Positions 34,315-43,466 of a DNA stretch of 56,530 bases are shown here, one piece after another. A model generated the notes under the pieces. The model was given only the letters and a program-made list of their open reading frames with translations. It did not search any database and had not been told where the DNA came from. The DNA comes from a virus. Taxonomy: Duplodnaviria; Caudoviricetes. Location: the IMG/VR virus record IMGVR_UViG_3300018077_000001, positions 1-56,530 of that record; one strand, written 5' to 3'. How positions within the stretch are numbered: position 1 is the stretch's first letter; every line of letters starts with the position of its first letter. A program made the translations under genes and the position numbers.

Positions 34315-35203
34315 ACACCCTCCTCTGGAAACCGAACAGCTCCTGTCCCAAGCCTTCGGGTATGACGGGCAGCCACGTGCAACGGCAGTGCGGATGGACA
34401 GGGATGATCCCCCGCGCCTTCTTGATCGTGAACACCTTGCCTTCGAGCGCCTCGCAGAGCGGACACACCAAATCATCCTGCGCGGTCAGAAACTCAGCCT
34501 TGCCCTCCACATCGGTCAAACCGAAGTCCTCGAACCGGTTCAGCGTTGCCTCTGAGTGCGCCCGCACTACCTCCGTGCGAGCCAACGTCAGCGCCCGACT
34601 CCGACCGATGCCATCCACCTGATCGCTCAGCCGCCTAGCCATTTCCTTCGGGCCAATGCCCTCCGCCATGCCCTGCACCAGCTGGCGGCCGATTGCCTGC
34701 GACATCGCTTCGGTGATGCCTTGCAGCTCCTCGAAGTTTCTACTGAACAACAGCCCGAGCGTCTCCGCATGCCGCGGAGCGTTGAACACCCCGAACAACT
34801 CCTGCGCTGGAATCCGCAACCCAGCTCGAACGAGTTTCTGATTGGCGCTCAGCACGCCCACTTCGTAGCTCGATCGGATATACACGTCCTGCCATGCCGC
34901 GTGCTTGACGACCCGCCGTCCCTTGCGTTCGATCACGCCCAACAGCTCCGAGTCCGTCGCCTGATCGAGCCAATCCATGAACGCCTCGGCCTTGGCCCCG
35001 CTGGTCGGGAAATCGAAACGCCGGGCTGGGCCTGTCCTGAACGCCAGCACAGCCTTGTCTCCGATGCCGAGGGCATCATTCGTTTCAATCGTCGTGCGAA
35101 TCAGGGACTTGACAACCCGGAACCTGCGGCTGGCGTCGCGCATGTACCTGCGACGGAGCATAACGGTTCGGGTCGGATCAACCTGATGAACGAGCAGCGC
35201 CAT
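34289..35203 (-). CDS. Mu gpF/SPP1 gp7-like head morphogenesis protein
   Basis: RALTLARTEVVRAH...TAQDDLVCPLC...IPVHPHCRC. Confidence 0.93.
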   Translation of the reverse strand: MALLVHQVDPTRTVMLRRRYMRDASRRFRVVKSLIRTTIETNDALGIGDKAVLAFRTGPARRFDFPTSGAKAEAFMDWLDQATDSELLGVIERKGRRVVKHAAWQDVYIRSSYEVGVLSANQKLVRAGLRIPAQELFGVFNAPRHAETLGLLFSRNFEELQGITEAMSQAIGRQLVQGMAEGIGPKEMARRLSDQVDGIGRSRALTLARTEVVRAHSEATLNRFEDFGLTDVEGKAEFLTAQDDLVCPLCEALEGKVFTIKKARGIIPVHPHCRCTWLPVIPEGLGQELFGFQRRVYAVVSNEV

Positions 35204-35580
35204 CAGACCAGCCAAACTTGGATATGCGCCTCGAACGTATCCGCGACCCCCAGCACTGTGTCATTACTGAACGACAGACGAAATCCCTGTGCAACGACGA
35301 GACCCAGAATGCGAAACGCGACTACTGTGTTCGCCACGATCGCTAGGTTCGCACCCAGCTGCGAAATCCGAGCGATCGCATCACTGTCTGTCCACAGAAT
35401 CCTCGGCTTCAGCGTCAACGCCGTCACCGTGGACGGGTGCTGCACCAACACCAGCAGCTCGTTATCCGGCTGGGGCGACACCCCGCTCGCAAGATCCGCA
35501 TTCCGTTCTGTGTTAGCCGCCGCGCTGTTCGGCCAGCTCAACTTCCCGTCAAAGATCTTTTCTCCAATACTTATCGGCAT
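35203..35580 (-). CDS. Hypothetical beta protein between portal and gpF
   Basis: AAGGAGG RBS; TGATG coupling. Confidence 0.65.
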   Translation of the reverse strand: MPISIGEKIFDGKLSWPNSAAANTERNADLASGVSPQPDNELLVLVQHPSTVTALTLKPRILWTDSDAIARISQLGANLAIVANTVVAFRILGLVVAQGFRLSFSNDTVLGVADTFEAHIQVWLV

Positions 35581-35581
35581 G

Positions 35582-37009
35582 TCAGCCTCCTTCGGCCACA
35601 ACAGGTAACTTCAGTTCCTCGAGAAATTCGACGCTCTCTGGCGTCTCCGGCGACTCCTCAACTTCTTCTTCGACCTCTTGATCTATGTCACGCGTGGCTC
35701 CGATCAACCGCGGCAGGTAGACCTCAATGAATTTCGCCGGGTCAATGATCAGATCCACGGCTCCGGGCGGGGCCACGGCCGCAATCGCCTGTGCCGCCAA
35801 CGCTGCAACCGTAGTCTGGTCCTTCTCACTCAGCTCAAAGATTGGCTCCCACTCGATGCTGTACCCAGCCTCGTTCGTGGGCAACGGCAACGCACCCAGC
35901 CGGATCAGCCGATCAATGAACGGCCTCAACATCATTGGCTCCGCGAAGTTTTCTCGCCGGCTGGCAACCGACCCGGCCCATGTCGCCTGATCGGTCGTGC
36001 TTGCCAACTCACCGCGTTCGGCACCGATCAGAATCCGCTGCGGGATTCCGGTCGACCCGGCGATCAGCGCAAGAATGGATTCCATCATGCCCTTCGGGTC
36101 AACCGCTTCTCCGCCCTCGAACTCGGCCTCCATGCCCTCCAGCTCCAAGATACGGCGGAACCCATGAACGAACTCCTCGATCTTGTCCAGCGTGACCTTA
36201 TCCTCGGGAAGTTCGTAATCTTCCTTGGCGGTCAGCACCAATCCCTTGTAGATCAGCCGCCAGAACGCCTCGGCTCCACCGCCGATTACCTTGTCCAGAT
36301 CCTGCAAGCGATTGAACACCGCCTCGAGTCGGGGCGTACCGTACACCTCATTCTCCAGCAAGCCCTCGGCCACGTGGATCACCCGACTCCAATGCACCAC
36401 CTGACTGCCGAGTGACGTGCCTTTCAGATCCTCACCAATATTGATCTTGTATTCAGAAACCGTGCCGTAGCGCGGGCTCGACGTGTTCTCTTCCAACCTC
36501 TCGACCGAGGCGGTTCCCTCGTCGTACGACGCGAGGAAGATCACATCGTCCGGGCTGTGCAAGCTGTTCTCGGCGGCCTCATCAGACAGCTTCGCTTCAC
36601 CCTTCATCCCGATCAGCAGCACCCCATAACGACCGATCCCCGCCAGACGATCAACCCGCTCCATGTAGTGAAACACATGCAGGCGTTTGACCAGTGCCTC
36701 CCATGCCTGCTCGAACGGCGTCTGTTCGATCTCAGAGTCTGGCTCCGGCTCCATATCACGAATGATGGGAGGGTCGCGCCATGTGTCCTGAGCCGGCAAA
36801 TCGACGATCCGTTTCGCCAAGTCCTGCCGCGCGTGCATACCCGCATACTTCCCGAAGCTGATCTCAGTCGGGTAGCCCAGCTCCTTATACAGATCACGCT
36901 CGCCGGCAAAACTCTTGCCCAACGCACCCGAGATAGCACCCCGCTGTTGCAGCACGCTGAGCACCTGCAACCCAACCCGCATCAACTCCTTCTCATTGCT
37001 TTTCGCCAT
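35582..37009 (-). CDS. Portal protein (DUF1073-type)
   Basis: AKRIVDLPAQDTW, VHWSRVIH, GIPQRILIG.ERGELAS. Confidence 0.92.
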   Translation of the reverse strand: MAKSNEKELMRVGLQVLSVLQQRGAISGALGKSFAGERDLYKELGYPTEISFGKYAGMHARQDLAKRIVDLPAQDTWRDPPIIRDMEPEPDSEIEQTPFEQAWEALVKRLHVFHYMERVDRLAGIGRYGVLLIGMKGEAKLSDEAAENSLHSPDDVIFLASYDEGTASVERLEENTSSPRYGTVSEYKINIGEDLKGTSLGSQVVHWSRVIHVAEGLLENEVYGTPRLEAVFNRLQDLDKVIGGGAEAFWRLIYKGLVLTAKEDYELPEDKVTLDKIEEFVHGFRRILELEGMEAEFEGGEAVDPKGMMESILALIAGSTGIPQRILIGAERGELASTTDQATWAGSVASRRENFAEPMMLRPFIDRLIRLGALPLPTNEAGYSIEWEPIFELSEKDQTTVAALAAQAIAAVAPPGAVDLIIDPAKFIEVYLPRLIGATRDIDQEVEEEVEESPETPESVEFLEELKLPVVAEGG

Positions 37010-37018
37010 GTGCCCTCC

Positions 37019-38443
37019 TTACCCTCTTACCCGCGCCCTGGCGCGTTTCCTGTCCGGCTCCAACGGCCCGAAGATCGCATTGGCCGCGCCGCGTAGCCCG
37101 TCGGTCAGGTGAAACTCGTTCTTCCGCTGAATGACCTCGGTCGGCTGCCCCATCTCGTCCAACTTCCTCTTATACGTCGCGATCTCATGCCGCAGACCCC
37201 GACAGTTTCGGGCGATCACCAAGCGCCCGGTCTGGAACAACTCAATCATACGTGAAATTCCAACTTCCACATCCCCCACTGGCGGCGGATGCACTTTGAT
37301 TCCTGATCGCGTCCAGTCCATTCGAGCCTGAATCTCGCTCAGCGACCCACCGTAATAGTCTACGTCCAACCCTGCATCGTGCACCTGCGTTCGATCAACG
37401 TGCTCCTGTGTTGATTTGCCACCACCCAAGTATTCGTCATACACGATCCACCTTTCCTCAGACGGATCTTCAGCCAACCACACCTGCGCGGTGTTCGCCC
37501 CGCCAAAGTCAACGCTGCATATCCGCTCCCAGCTGCGGTCAACGTCTTTCTCGTCCACCAGCATCGTCGCCTCGTCGAATGCACCCAAGATCAAACCGGC
37601 CGGCCGAGTCCACTCTGCCGCGTACCGCATTTGAAACCGCCATTCGGGAAGCGTCCGCTGCAACCGCAGATACTCGCGCTTCGGAAAGGATGGATTCAGC
37701 AAGCTCTGAAACGCCACCACCTCATAATCCTGATCGCCCTCAATCCACTTGTCGTACCACTCGGTCTTCAGCCAGCCCAGGTTGTAGATGCTGGTCGTCC
37801 CGAGCGCCCGACCCTCGTTCAACGCAAGCCGGGCCTGAATCGATTCCCAACTCGGATACGTCCACTCGTCTTGACCCAACTCATCCATCCACGCCGCCTT
37901 CGCTGTGATCGCCTCCAGACCCGAGGGCGATCGGACTGACAGCAGCACCACTCTCCCCCACATGCGATCGCTGGCCCGCTTCGCCCAAAACCGCCCCTGC
38001 TTGTCACATAGTTCAAGGATGGACGCTCCGGGCCAATACCTTGCCCGATGCTTGACATGCTCGAACCACGTTCGCATTTCGGGCAACATCTTGTACAGGA
38101 ACATGCGGAACGAGGTCGTGATCGCCAGATAGTCGTTGTCTCCACCGACCGCCGAGGCGGTCCGGTCAATCTCTCGCTCCAGCCAGATCGGGCCAAAGCT
38201 GGTCTTGCCACCCTGCGCACCAGCCAACATCAACACGAAACGCGCGTCTGAGTCCCAGACGCGCTCTTGACCTTCGTGCGGGTCGATCACCAACCGGCCC
38301 GAAGGCTCAACCCAGTACAGCTGCTTCGGAGCCGTGACTACTTCGATTTCTTTGTCTTCCGCCTCATGACAATTTCCTTGATCGGAATACCGATCACGGG
38401 CACTCCACCTCCATCCAGCGCCTGCCCGAACTCCGACTTCCAC
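37019..38443 (-). CDS. terL: Terminase large subunit (true start uncertain)
   Basis: Walker A AGAQGGKT; Walker B AWMDE; nuclease motifs VDFGG and HLTDGLR. Confidence 0.9.
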   Translation of the reverse strand: MEVGVRAGAGWRWSARDRYSDQGNCHEAEDKEIEVVTAPKQLYWVEPSGRLVIDPHEGQERVWDSDARFVLMLAGAQGGKTSFGPIWLEREIDRTASAVGGDNDYLAITTSFRMFLYKMLPEMRTWFEHVKHRARYWPGASILELCDKQGRFWAKRASDRMWGRVVLLSVRSPSGLEAITAKAAWMDELGQDEWTYPSWESIQARLALNEGRALGTTSIYNLGWLKTEWYDKWIEGDQDYEVVAFQSLLNPSFPKREYLRLQRTLPEWRFQMRYAAEWTRPAGLILGAFDEATMLVDEKDVDRSWERICSVDFGGANTAQVWLAEDPSEERWIVYDEYLGGGKSTQEHVDRTQVHDAGLDVDYYGGSLSEIQARMDWTRSGIKVHPPPVGDVEVGISRMIELFQTGRLVIARNCRGLRHEIATYKRKLDEMGQPTEVIQRKNEFHLTDGLRGAANAIFGPLEPDRKRARARVRG

Positions 38444-38727
38444 CGCTCCTTGCCGCGGTTGATCAGGAAGAACCGCTGGGCCTGCACATTGCCGCCAACG
38501 GCAGTCACGAACAGCGCATCCTCGACGATCTCTGTTCTCAACTTCAACGCTTCGTCCACCCGCTCGCGGTATTCCTTGTTCCTCATCCGCTCCTTGAACT
38601 CACCCATCCGACTGACACCTATGGCTTTGCACGTCGCCGTGATCGTATTGCCGCCGTCCAGCAATTCGATGATCCTGTCCAATATCTCGGGCGTGAACTT
38701 CTTGCGGTTCGGCATCGAGCCTCGCAT
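38338..38727 (-). CDS. terS: Terminase small subunit
   Basis: HTH TITATCKAIGVSR; VEDALF..A.GGNVQAQRFFL.NR. Confidence 0.85.
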   Translation of the reverse strand: MRGSMPNRKKFTPEILDRIIELLDGGNTITATCKAIGVSRMGEFKERMRNKEYRERVDEALKLRTEIVEDALFVTAVGGNVQAQRFFLINRGKERWKSEFGQALDGGGVPVIGIPIKEIVMRRKTKKSK

Positions 38728-38766
38728 TAAGCCAGGGTCAACTTTGTCAACGACGGCTGCTCACTG

Positions 38767-39519
38767 CTACGTGACCTTTTCGGTCGGGAGACTCCACACT
38801 CGATCGACGCGAACCTTCAGCCTCAGCGTCGTCTTCGTGCGGGTGAAATGCAGATACTTGCCCCACTTCTTCTTCAGATAGTCCAGCTCGAACTCCTCCC
38901 GCTTGCTGGAACGAACCACCGAGTTTCCCCCAATCCTACCCGTCCGATCGTGGACGAACGAGATCCGATTCTCGATCCAGACTACCCGATGCTTCATCAG
39001 CGTTTGCAAACAGTAGTCAATATCGGCCCTGAGCAACAGGTTCGGGTCGTAGCGGACAGTCCTTCCCACGATGCCAATAACCCCGCCCGTCCAGCTCGAC
39101 AGCAGGAACGGACTCTGCGGCCTGAACTTCCGAACGTCCCATGCCTGATTGAACCCGAACACAGCCGTACCCACGTCCGCGGCACATTGGGCGGCAGTTT
39201 CAACCACCAACCGAATGCTGCTGGTCAACGTGATCTTCCGATACATCAGCCCGGGGAGGCTCAACATGGCAGAAACGTCATCATCCACCATGCAGATCCG
39301 CTCGTCCTCGAAGTTGTCAAGAACCCATTGTCTCAGCGGGGCAATTCCCACCACATCGTCCGGATGGGTGATGATCTCAGACCCCGGACAGGCGGCCGCG
39401 TACGCCTTCGCTTCGCTCTCACCCACGCACAGCGTCGCGTCGGGAAAGAGTTTCAACGCCTTCTTCTTCACGAGGGCCTGACGCTCCCTCGAGACGATCA
39501 CTACCCGGACTTGGTTCAT
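38767..39519 (-). CDS. GREB1-related / TET-associated (TAGT-like) GT-A glycosyltransferase
   Basis: VIVSRER, GIAPLRQWVLD, MVDDDV (DxD), DIDYCLQ, GGNS, YLKKKWG. Confidence 0.8.
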   Translation of the reverse strand: MNQVRVVIVSRERQALVKKKALKLFPDATLCVGESEAKAYAAACPGSEIITHPDDVVGIAPLRQWVLDNFEDERICMVDDDVSAMLSLPGLMYRKITLTSSIRLVVETAAQCAADVGTAVFGFNQAWDVRKFRPQSPFLLSSWTGGVIGIVGRTVRYDPNLLLRADIDYCLQTLMKHRVVWIENRISFVHDRTGRIGGNSVVRSSKREEFELDYLKKKWGKYLHFTRTKTTLRLKVRVDRVWSLPTEKVT

Positions 39520-40166
39520 CTCAACTGAGCGATCACAGTCGGACCATCCAACACGCGGCCCAACCCGATCTTGCGGGTCTTCTTTCCGCCGACCTTGAAC
39601 CCAACCTTGCCCACCTTCAATTTGTCCAACGCTTTCAGGAAGTCGAGCTGGTTGCGGAAGAACAACACGAGGTAATCGTAATACTCGTAGGGCAGCAGCT
39701 CCATCTCAGCGATCTCCGGCTGCCCGGCATCAGCCGCCTCGATCTGTGACACCACTTCGGCCCATTCTGAGCTGGTGAACAGACCGTCCAACAGCTTTTG
39801 CTCCGAGGCCGCCATCTCCCGCAGCACATCAGCGTCCCATTCGGCCAGCTCGCCTGTCCGATTGTTCATGAGGGCCATCCGCTTCTTTTCCTTGGGCGTC
39901 AGACCCGTCCGCCGAACTGCGATCAGCGTCTCCCCATCGGCATCTACGATCCTCACCTTCTTGATGCCGGCGATCTTGGCCCCTTCCCGCACCCCGTTGC
40001 CGGCGATGATCTGATCCTTCTCGTCAATCAGGATACTCCGACCGGTGCCCAACTCACGCAGACTGTCAACGATTAGATTGACGTTCCGGACGCGATGCTT
40101 GCGGGGATTCCTCGGGTCAGGTTTCAACTGCTCAATATCAATCGTCTCGTCTTTGGTGACAGCCAT
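39516..40166 (-). CDS. ParB/Srx N-terminal domain protein
   Basis: LKPDPRNPRKH...SLRELG..ILIDE..IIAGNG...NRTGELAEWD. Confidence 0.88.
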   Translation of the reverse strand: MAVTKDETIDIEQLKPDPRNPRKHRVRNVNLIVDSLRELGTGRSILIDEKDQIIAGNGVREGAKIAGIKKVRIVDADGETLIAVRRTGLTPKEKKRMALMNNRTGELAEWDADVLREMAASEQKLLDGLFTSSEWAEVVSQIEAADAGQPEIAEMELLPYEYYDYLVLFFRNQLDFLKALDKLKVGKVGFKVGGKKTRKIGLGRVLDGPTVIAQLR

Positions 40167-40206
40167 CGAACCTCTCCCAGGGGAACCTGATTATACAAGC
40201 AATGTC

Positions 40207-40235
40207 AAAGAGAAACCCCGCCGCGGGGCGGGGTT
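40207..40235 (-). terminator. Intrinsic terminator after the MgsA_C-like gene
   Basis: AACCCCGCC-CCGC-GGCGGGGTT followed by TCTCTTT. Confidence 0.8.
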
Positions 40236-40262
40236 CATTCGATCTAGTACGAACGTATCAGC

Positions 40263-40898
40263 TCAGAACGGAAGCTGGGGCTGTGACTGGTCCTCGTTTT
40301 CTTCGGGTTCGATCCCATTCCCGATCCTGCCCCACGTCGGTTTCTTCATGTGCGGCCACAGGCTGAACGCCGCTTGCCGATACCGCTGCCATTCTTCACC
40401 GATCAGCTCTCCCTCCAACTTCGTGCCCTCCTCGAAGAAATGCCTCCACGACCGCTTCTGCGCTCGACCCTTATTCGTGTGTTTGTCGAGGGCATAGTCG
40501 GGGATGGCCTGCTTCCAGTCGTTCTGCAACCGACGCTGGTTGATCGCACACTGGAACTCGTCGGCCAACCGCGTCTTTGGAGAACGGCACATGAGCAGGA
40601 TCGTGTTCGCCAGAGCCAACCGCGCTCCTCCGTCTTTGCCGTCCTTCCTGAATTCCATGTACACGTCCCTCTGTGTCGGGACGATGTGAAGCACGGACGG
40701 AGCGGCAATTCCAACGTCTTCGTTGGCAATCACGATCAGCCGTTTCCAAAGATATTTCTCGAACTTGGGCACCAGCTCCAGCGCCCAATACATCGCCTCC
40801 TCTTCTAATCCACGCCGGATCGTTTTCTGGAGAGCCGAGATCACTTCCTGAAGCTGATAACCACCCTGAGTTTGAAGCTGAAACTGTTTCGGTGTCAC
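40263..40898 (-). CDS. Stand-alone MgsA/RarA C-terminal domain protein
   Basis: EVISALQKTIRRG...WKRLIVIANEDVG.AAP...SPKTR...IPDYALDKHT; no Walker A. Confidence 0.85.
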   Translation of the reverse strand: MTPKQFQLQTQGGYQLQEVISALQKTIRRGLEEEAMYWALELVPKFEKYLWKRLIVIANEDVGIAAPSVLHIVPTQRDVYMEFRKDGKDGGARLALANTILLMCRSPKTRLADEFQCAINQRRLQNDWKQAIPDYALDKHTNKGRAQKRSWRHFFEEGTKLEGELIGEEWQRYRQAAFSLWPHMKKPTWGRIGNGIEPEENEDQSQPQLPF

Positions 40899-40906
40899 GC
40901 GACCCC

Positions 40907-40964
40907 ATCTCCTTTCATCCTGCCTAAGTATAGCAGACCCGGGCTGGTTTGTCCATGACTAATG
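40907..40964 (-). promoter_or_regulatory. Repeat-family promoter (variant)
   Basis: CATTAGTCA-TGGACA(40950-40955)-17 nt-TATACT with TG; AGGATGAAAGGAGAT leader. Confidence 0.82.
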
Positions 40965-41071
40965 ACCGGGAGGTGGAAAGGGGGTTGTAGGGGGTTTGTG
41001 AGGTGCCCGGACGGGCCATTGGTAGGGCCTAGAAACACCGGAATTGGGGTTTGGGTAGAAAGGATAGGGGC

Positions 41072-41398
41072 CTACTGGAGAAGCCGCCTGACTTGATCAA
41101 CACCTTCTATGAACATCCGCACCAGCGGTTCGATCGCGAAGTGATAAAGCAGGTAGCCCCAAAACACGATCATCAACGTCCCAACCCGGCTGTGTCGAAC
41201 CCAATACTGCATCTGGCCCGACAACGTGTGATCGCGAGCGACGATCAGATAGAACTCGGCCACGACCACCACGACCATGACAATCACCCAAGCGACCTGC
41301 GAATGCGGGTCGGTTTTCAGATCTCCTCCTCCGGAGCCAAACACGCTCGCCAAAAGGATTCCCATCATCACCGTCAGAACAACCAGCTCTGCGATCAC
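41072..41398 (-). CDS. Three-TM membrane protein
   Basis: Hydrophobic segments; HTLS and LLYHF motifs. Confidence 0.7.
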   Translation of the reverse strand: MIAELVVLTVMMGILLASVFGSGGGDLKTDPHSQVAWVIVMVVVVVAEFYLIVARDHTLSGQMQYWVRHSRVGTLMIVFWGYLLYHFAIEPLVRMFIEGVDQVRRLLQ

Positions 41399-42372
41399 AG
41401 CATGATCTCCAGCAGTTCGAGCACCTCGTCGATCGGGTTGTGAATCGTGACCTGATCCGACCCAGCAAACAGCAGGCCAACGGCCTTCGTTTCCTGAGCG
41501 TCCACCAGCAGCGACCCTGAGTCGCCGCCCTTCGACATATTCGAGGTCACGATCTGGCGCTCGAAGGTTGCCACTTTCCCCGCGCCGTAGGACACCTGCA
41601 CCACCGCGTCGAGCAGCTGCACTTCACCGAACGTCAAACCGGTGGTCCGACCGGACTTACGCACCGACATCCCAAGCGTCGCCCGCTTCGTGCTCCTGGG
41701 GCTACCGATCTCGAAGATGTAATCGGCCACGTCGAGCTGAGTCAACGGCTCTGCTACTGCCGCGTCCACCACATTGATTCCACCTTCGGGGCATTCAACC
41801 TTCAGACGGCACGCATCGCCCAACACCGAGGCCAGCGCATTCCCGATGGCGGCGATAATGTTCAGCAATCCCGAACTCCCTGACGCTCCGTTGAACATAA
41901 TCGGCACGAACCTTCGAAGCTCCGCGATCTGGTCATCTTCCCTCCCACCATCGACCGGCCCTGGCTGCAGAATCCGATCATCGGGCCTGCCGGCATTACT
42001 GTTCGCCAGCACGTGATTGTTCGACAAGATCAGCATGTCCTGACTCAGCGTGTCCCGCACGATCACTCCGAGCGTCCCGGCCGTGATCGCATAGTGCCCA
42101 ATGCTAACCCCGCCCGGCGCAGGCCGCCACTTCGCCGTCCGGCCTTGCAACGCCCGGATGATCCCAACCGGAACCACATCGGTCGGAAAGCCATCAAGCT
42201 GCCGCGGTATCAGATCGAGCGTACGGATCTGGACTAGCGGCAGTTTTTCCGTCACCAAAACCACTGTCGCAAGCCTCTCCGTCTTTCGTCCGTTCGTAAC
42301 CTTGAAACCCTGCCCGTACCCAACCACGTTCGGCAACCTCAACAGATCAAACGACTCCATCATTGACCTCAT
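41395..42372 (-). CDS. Trypsin-like (Nal1-type) serine protease with propeptide
   Basis: GTLG, LSNNHV (His), VDAAVA (Asp), KSGRTTG, GGDSGS (Ser). Confidence 0.92.
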   Translation of the reverse strand: MRSMMESFDLLRLPNVVGYGQGFKVTNGRKTERLATVVLVTEKLPLVQIRTLDLIPRQLDGFPTDVVPVGIIRALQGRTAKWRPAPGGVSIGHYAITAGTLGVIVRDTLSQDMLILSNNHVLANSNAGRPDDRILQPGPVDGGREDDQIAELRRFVPIMFNGASGSSGLLNIIAAIGNALASVLGDACRLKVECPEGGINVVDAAVAEPLTQLDVADYIFEIGSPRSTKRATLGMSVRKSGRTTGLTFGEVQLLDAVVQVSYGAGKVATFERQIVTSNMSKGGDSGSLLVDAQETKAVGLLFAGSDQVTIHNPIDEVLELLEIML

Positions 42373-42634
42373 TCCCTCGCCTTCCTTTCTCTTCCTTCAT
42401 TCCGATGGTCGGCTTCCAAAGATTAGCATTGCCCCATCCGTGTGCTAGAGCACGTCGAACCCTAGGCTGCAAATCCATCTTCAACACTGGAAACTGCAGT
42501 GTACCTTGACATCCGTTCTCGTCTAATGGGGCAAACAGATAATAGCGTGGGCTGCCAGTTTCAAACACCATGAAGCGGCACCAACGGTCCTGAATAACAG
42601 CAACGAACTGCTTGACCATCAGTGCCTTGTTCAT
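42347..42634 (-). CDS. Hypothetical protein
   Basis: GGAG RBS; lower-GC stretch. Confidence 0.5.
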   Translation of the reverse strand: MNKALMVKQFVAVIQDRWCRFMVFETGSPRYYLFAPLDENGCQGTLQFPVLKMDLQPRVRRALAHGWGNANLWKPTIGMKEEKGRRGNEVNDGVV

Positions 42635-42825
42635 TCTGTCTCCTCCCCCAAAACAAATTGGGTTCGGGCTAGTCGTTGTCGTACATTATGCGGGAGCGCC
42701 CGATCTGGCTCCCACACCCATAGGCTTACTCGCCCGTCTGACCAACGAACATGCGTCGGGTATTTGTTGAACCGCCGAAGTCTGGCTACATGCTCAACAT
42801 AGGCATCGACTTCTTGCTGACTCAC
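42631..42825 (-). CDS. Hypothetical protein
   Basis: GTGA-coupled start reading VSQQEVDAYVEHV. Confidence 0.5.
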   Translation of the reverse strand: MSQQEVDAYVEHVARLRRFNKYPTHVRWSDGRVSLWVWEPDRALPHNVRQRLARTQFVLGEETE

Positions 42826-43058
42826 TCTCCCTCCCCGGCCAAGAACGCGTTGACCACAGCCTGCACATCGAGCACGTTCACCAGACCATCTTGATTCACG
42901 TCCTCGATCTGGAACGGTGCCGCCGCGCCGACGAGCGGGGGCGGCAACACCCCAATTACGATCCCCAACGTCACGGCCTGCATCACAAACAGACAGAGCA
43001 CCAACACCAACATCCACGACACCATCGCCTTCTGTGACCCCATCCCTGTAGCTTTCAT
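42822..43058 (-). CDS. Membrane-anchored single dockerin repeat protein
   Basis: N-terminal TM, Pro linker, then EDVNQDGLVNVLDVQAVVNAFLAG. Confidence 0.75.
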   Translation of the reverse strand: MKATGMGSQKAMVSWMLVLVLCLFVMQAVTLGIVIGVLPPPLVGAAAPFQIEDVNQDGLVNVLDVQAVVNAFLAGEGE

Positions 43059-43414
43059 CCTACCCTCCCTTTTCTTTGGTGCGTTCGATCAACGAACGCA
43101 TGATTCCAAGAATTTGGCACGAACCACTCGCGACAACCGCAGGCGCATCGTTTCGGCAGTCGCGACACGTGTAGCACTCCAGATAACCCCTCGACGGCCG
43201 GGATGGAGGCTGAGACGATCACCCTCGTGTTCCCGTTGAACACGGCCCAAAAACGGCGGGCGAATTCGGCACTAACCCCCACCGTCTCTTGCTCCACGCC
43301 GGAAACGTATCCCTCCGAAAACCCCATCATCCGGCTCAACTCGGCCGCGGTCAAATTCAGCGATTTCCGCCTTCCTTTGACGTACTCGGGAGTGGGATAA
43401 AGGAGTTCAGCCAT
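43055..43414 (-). CDS. XRE-family HTH protein with C-terminal Cys motif
   Basis: RRKSLNLTAAELSRMMGFSEGYVSGVE; CACGC. Confidence 0.8.
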   Translation of the reverse strand: MAELLYPTPEYVKGRRKSLNLTAAELSRMMGFSEGYVSGVEQETVGVSAEFARRFWAVFNGNTRVIVSASIPAVEGLSGVLHVSRLPKRCACGCREWFVPNSWNHAFVDRTHQRKGRVG

Positions 43415-43466
43415 TGGCTTTCCTGGGGTTCATTTTAGAGCCTTTTCGATACCCTGTAGGGTTGAG

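Noticed and set aside
35582-37009. DUF1073 protein as anti-CBASS Acb1
   Set aside because: Size, motifs and position after terL identify it as the portal.
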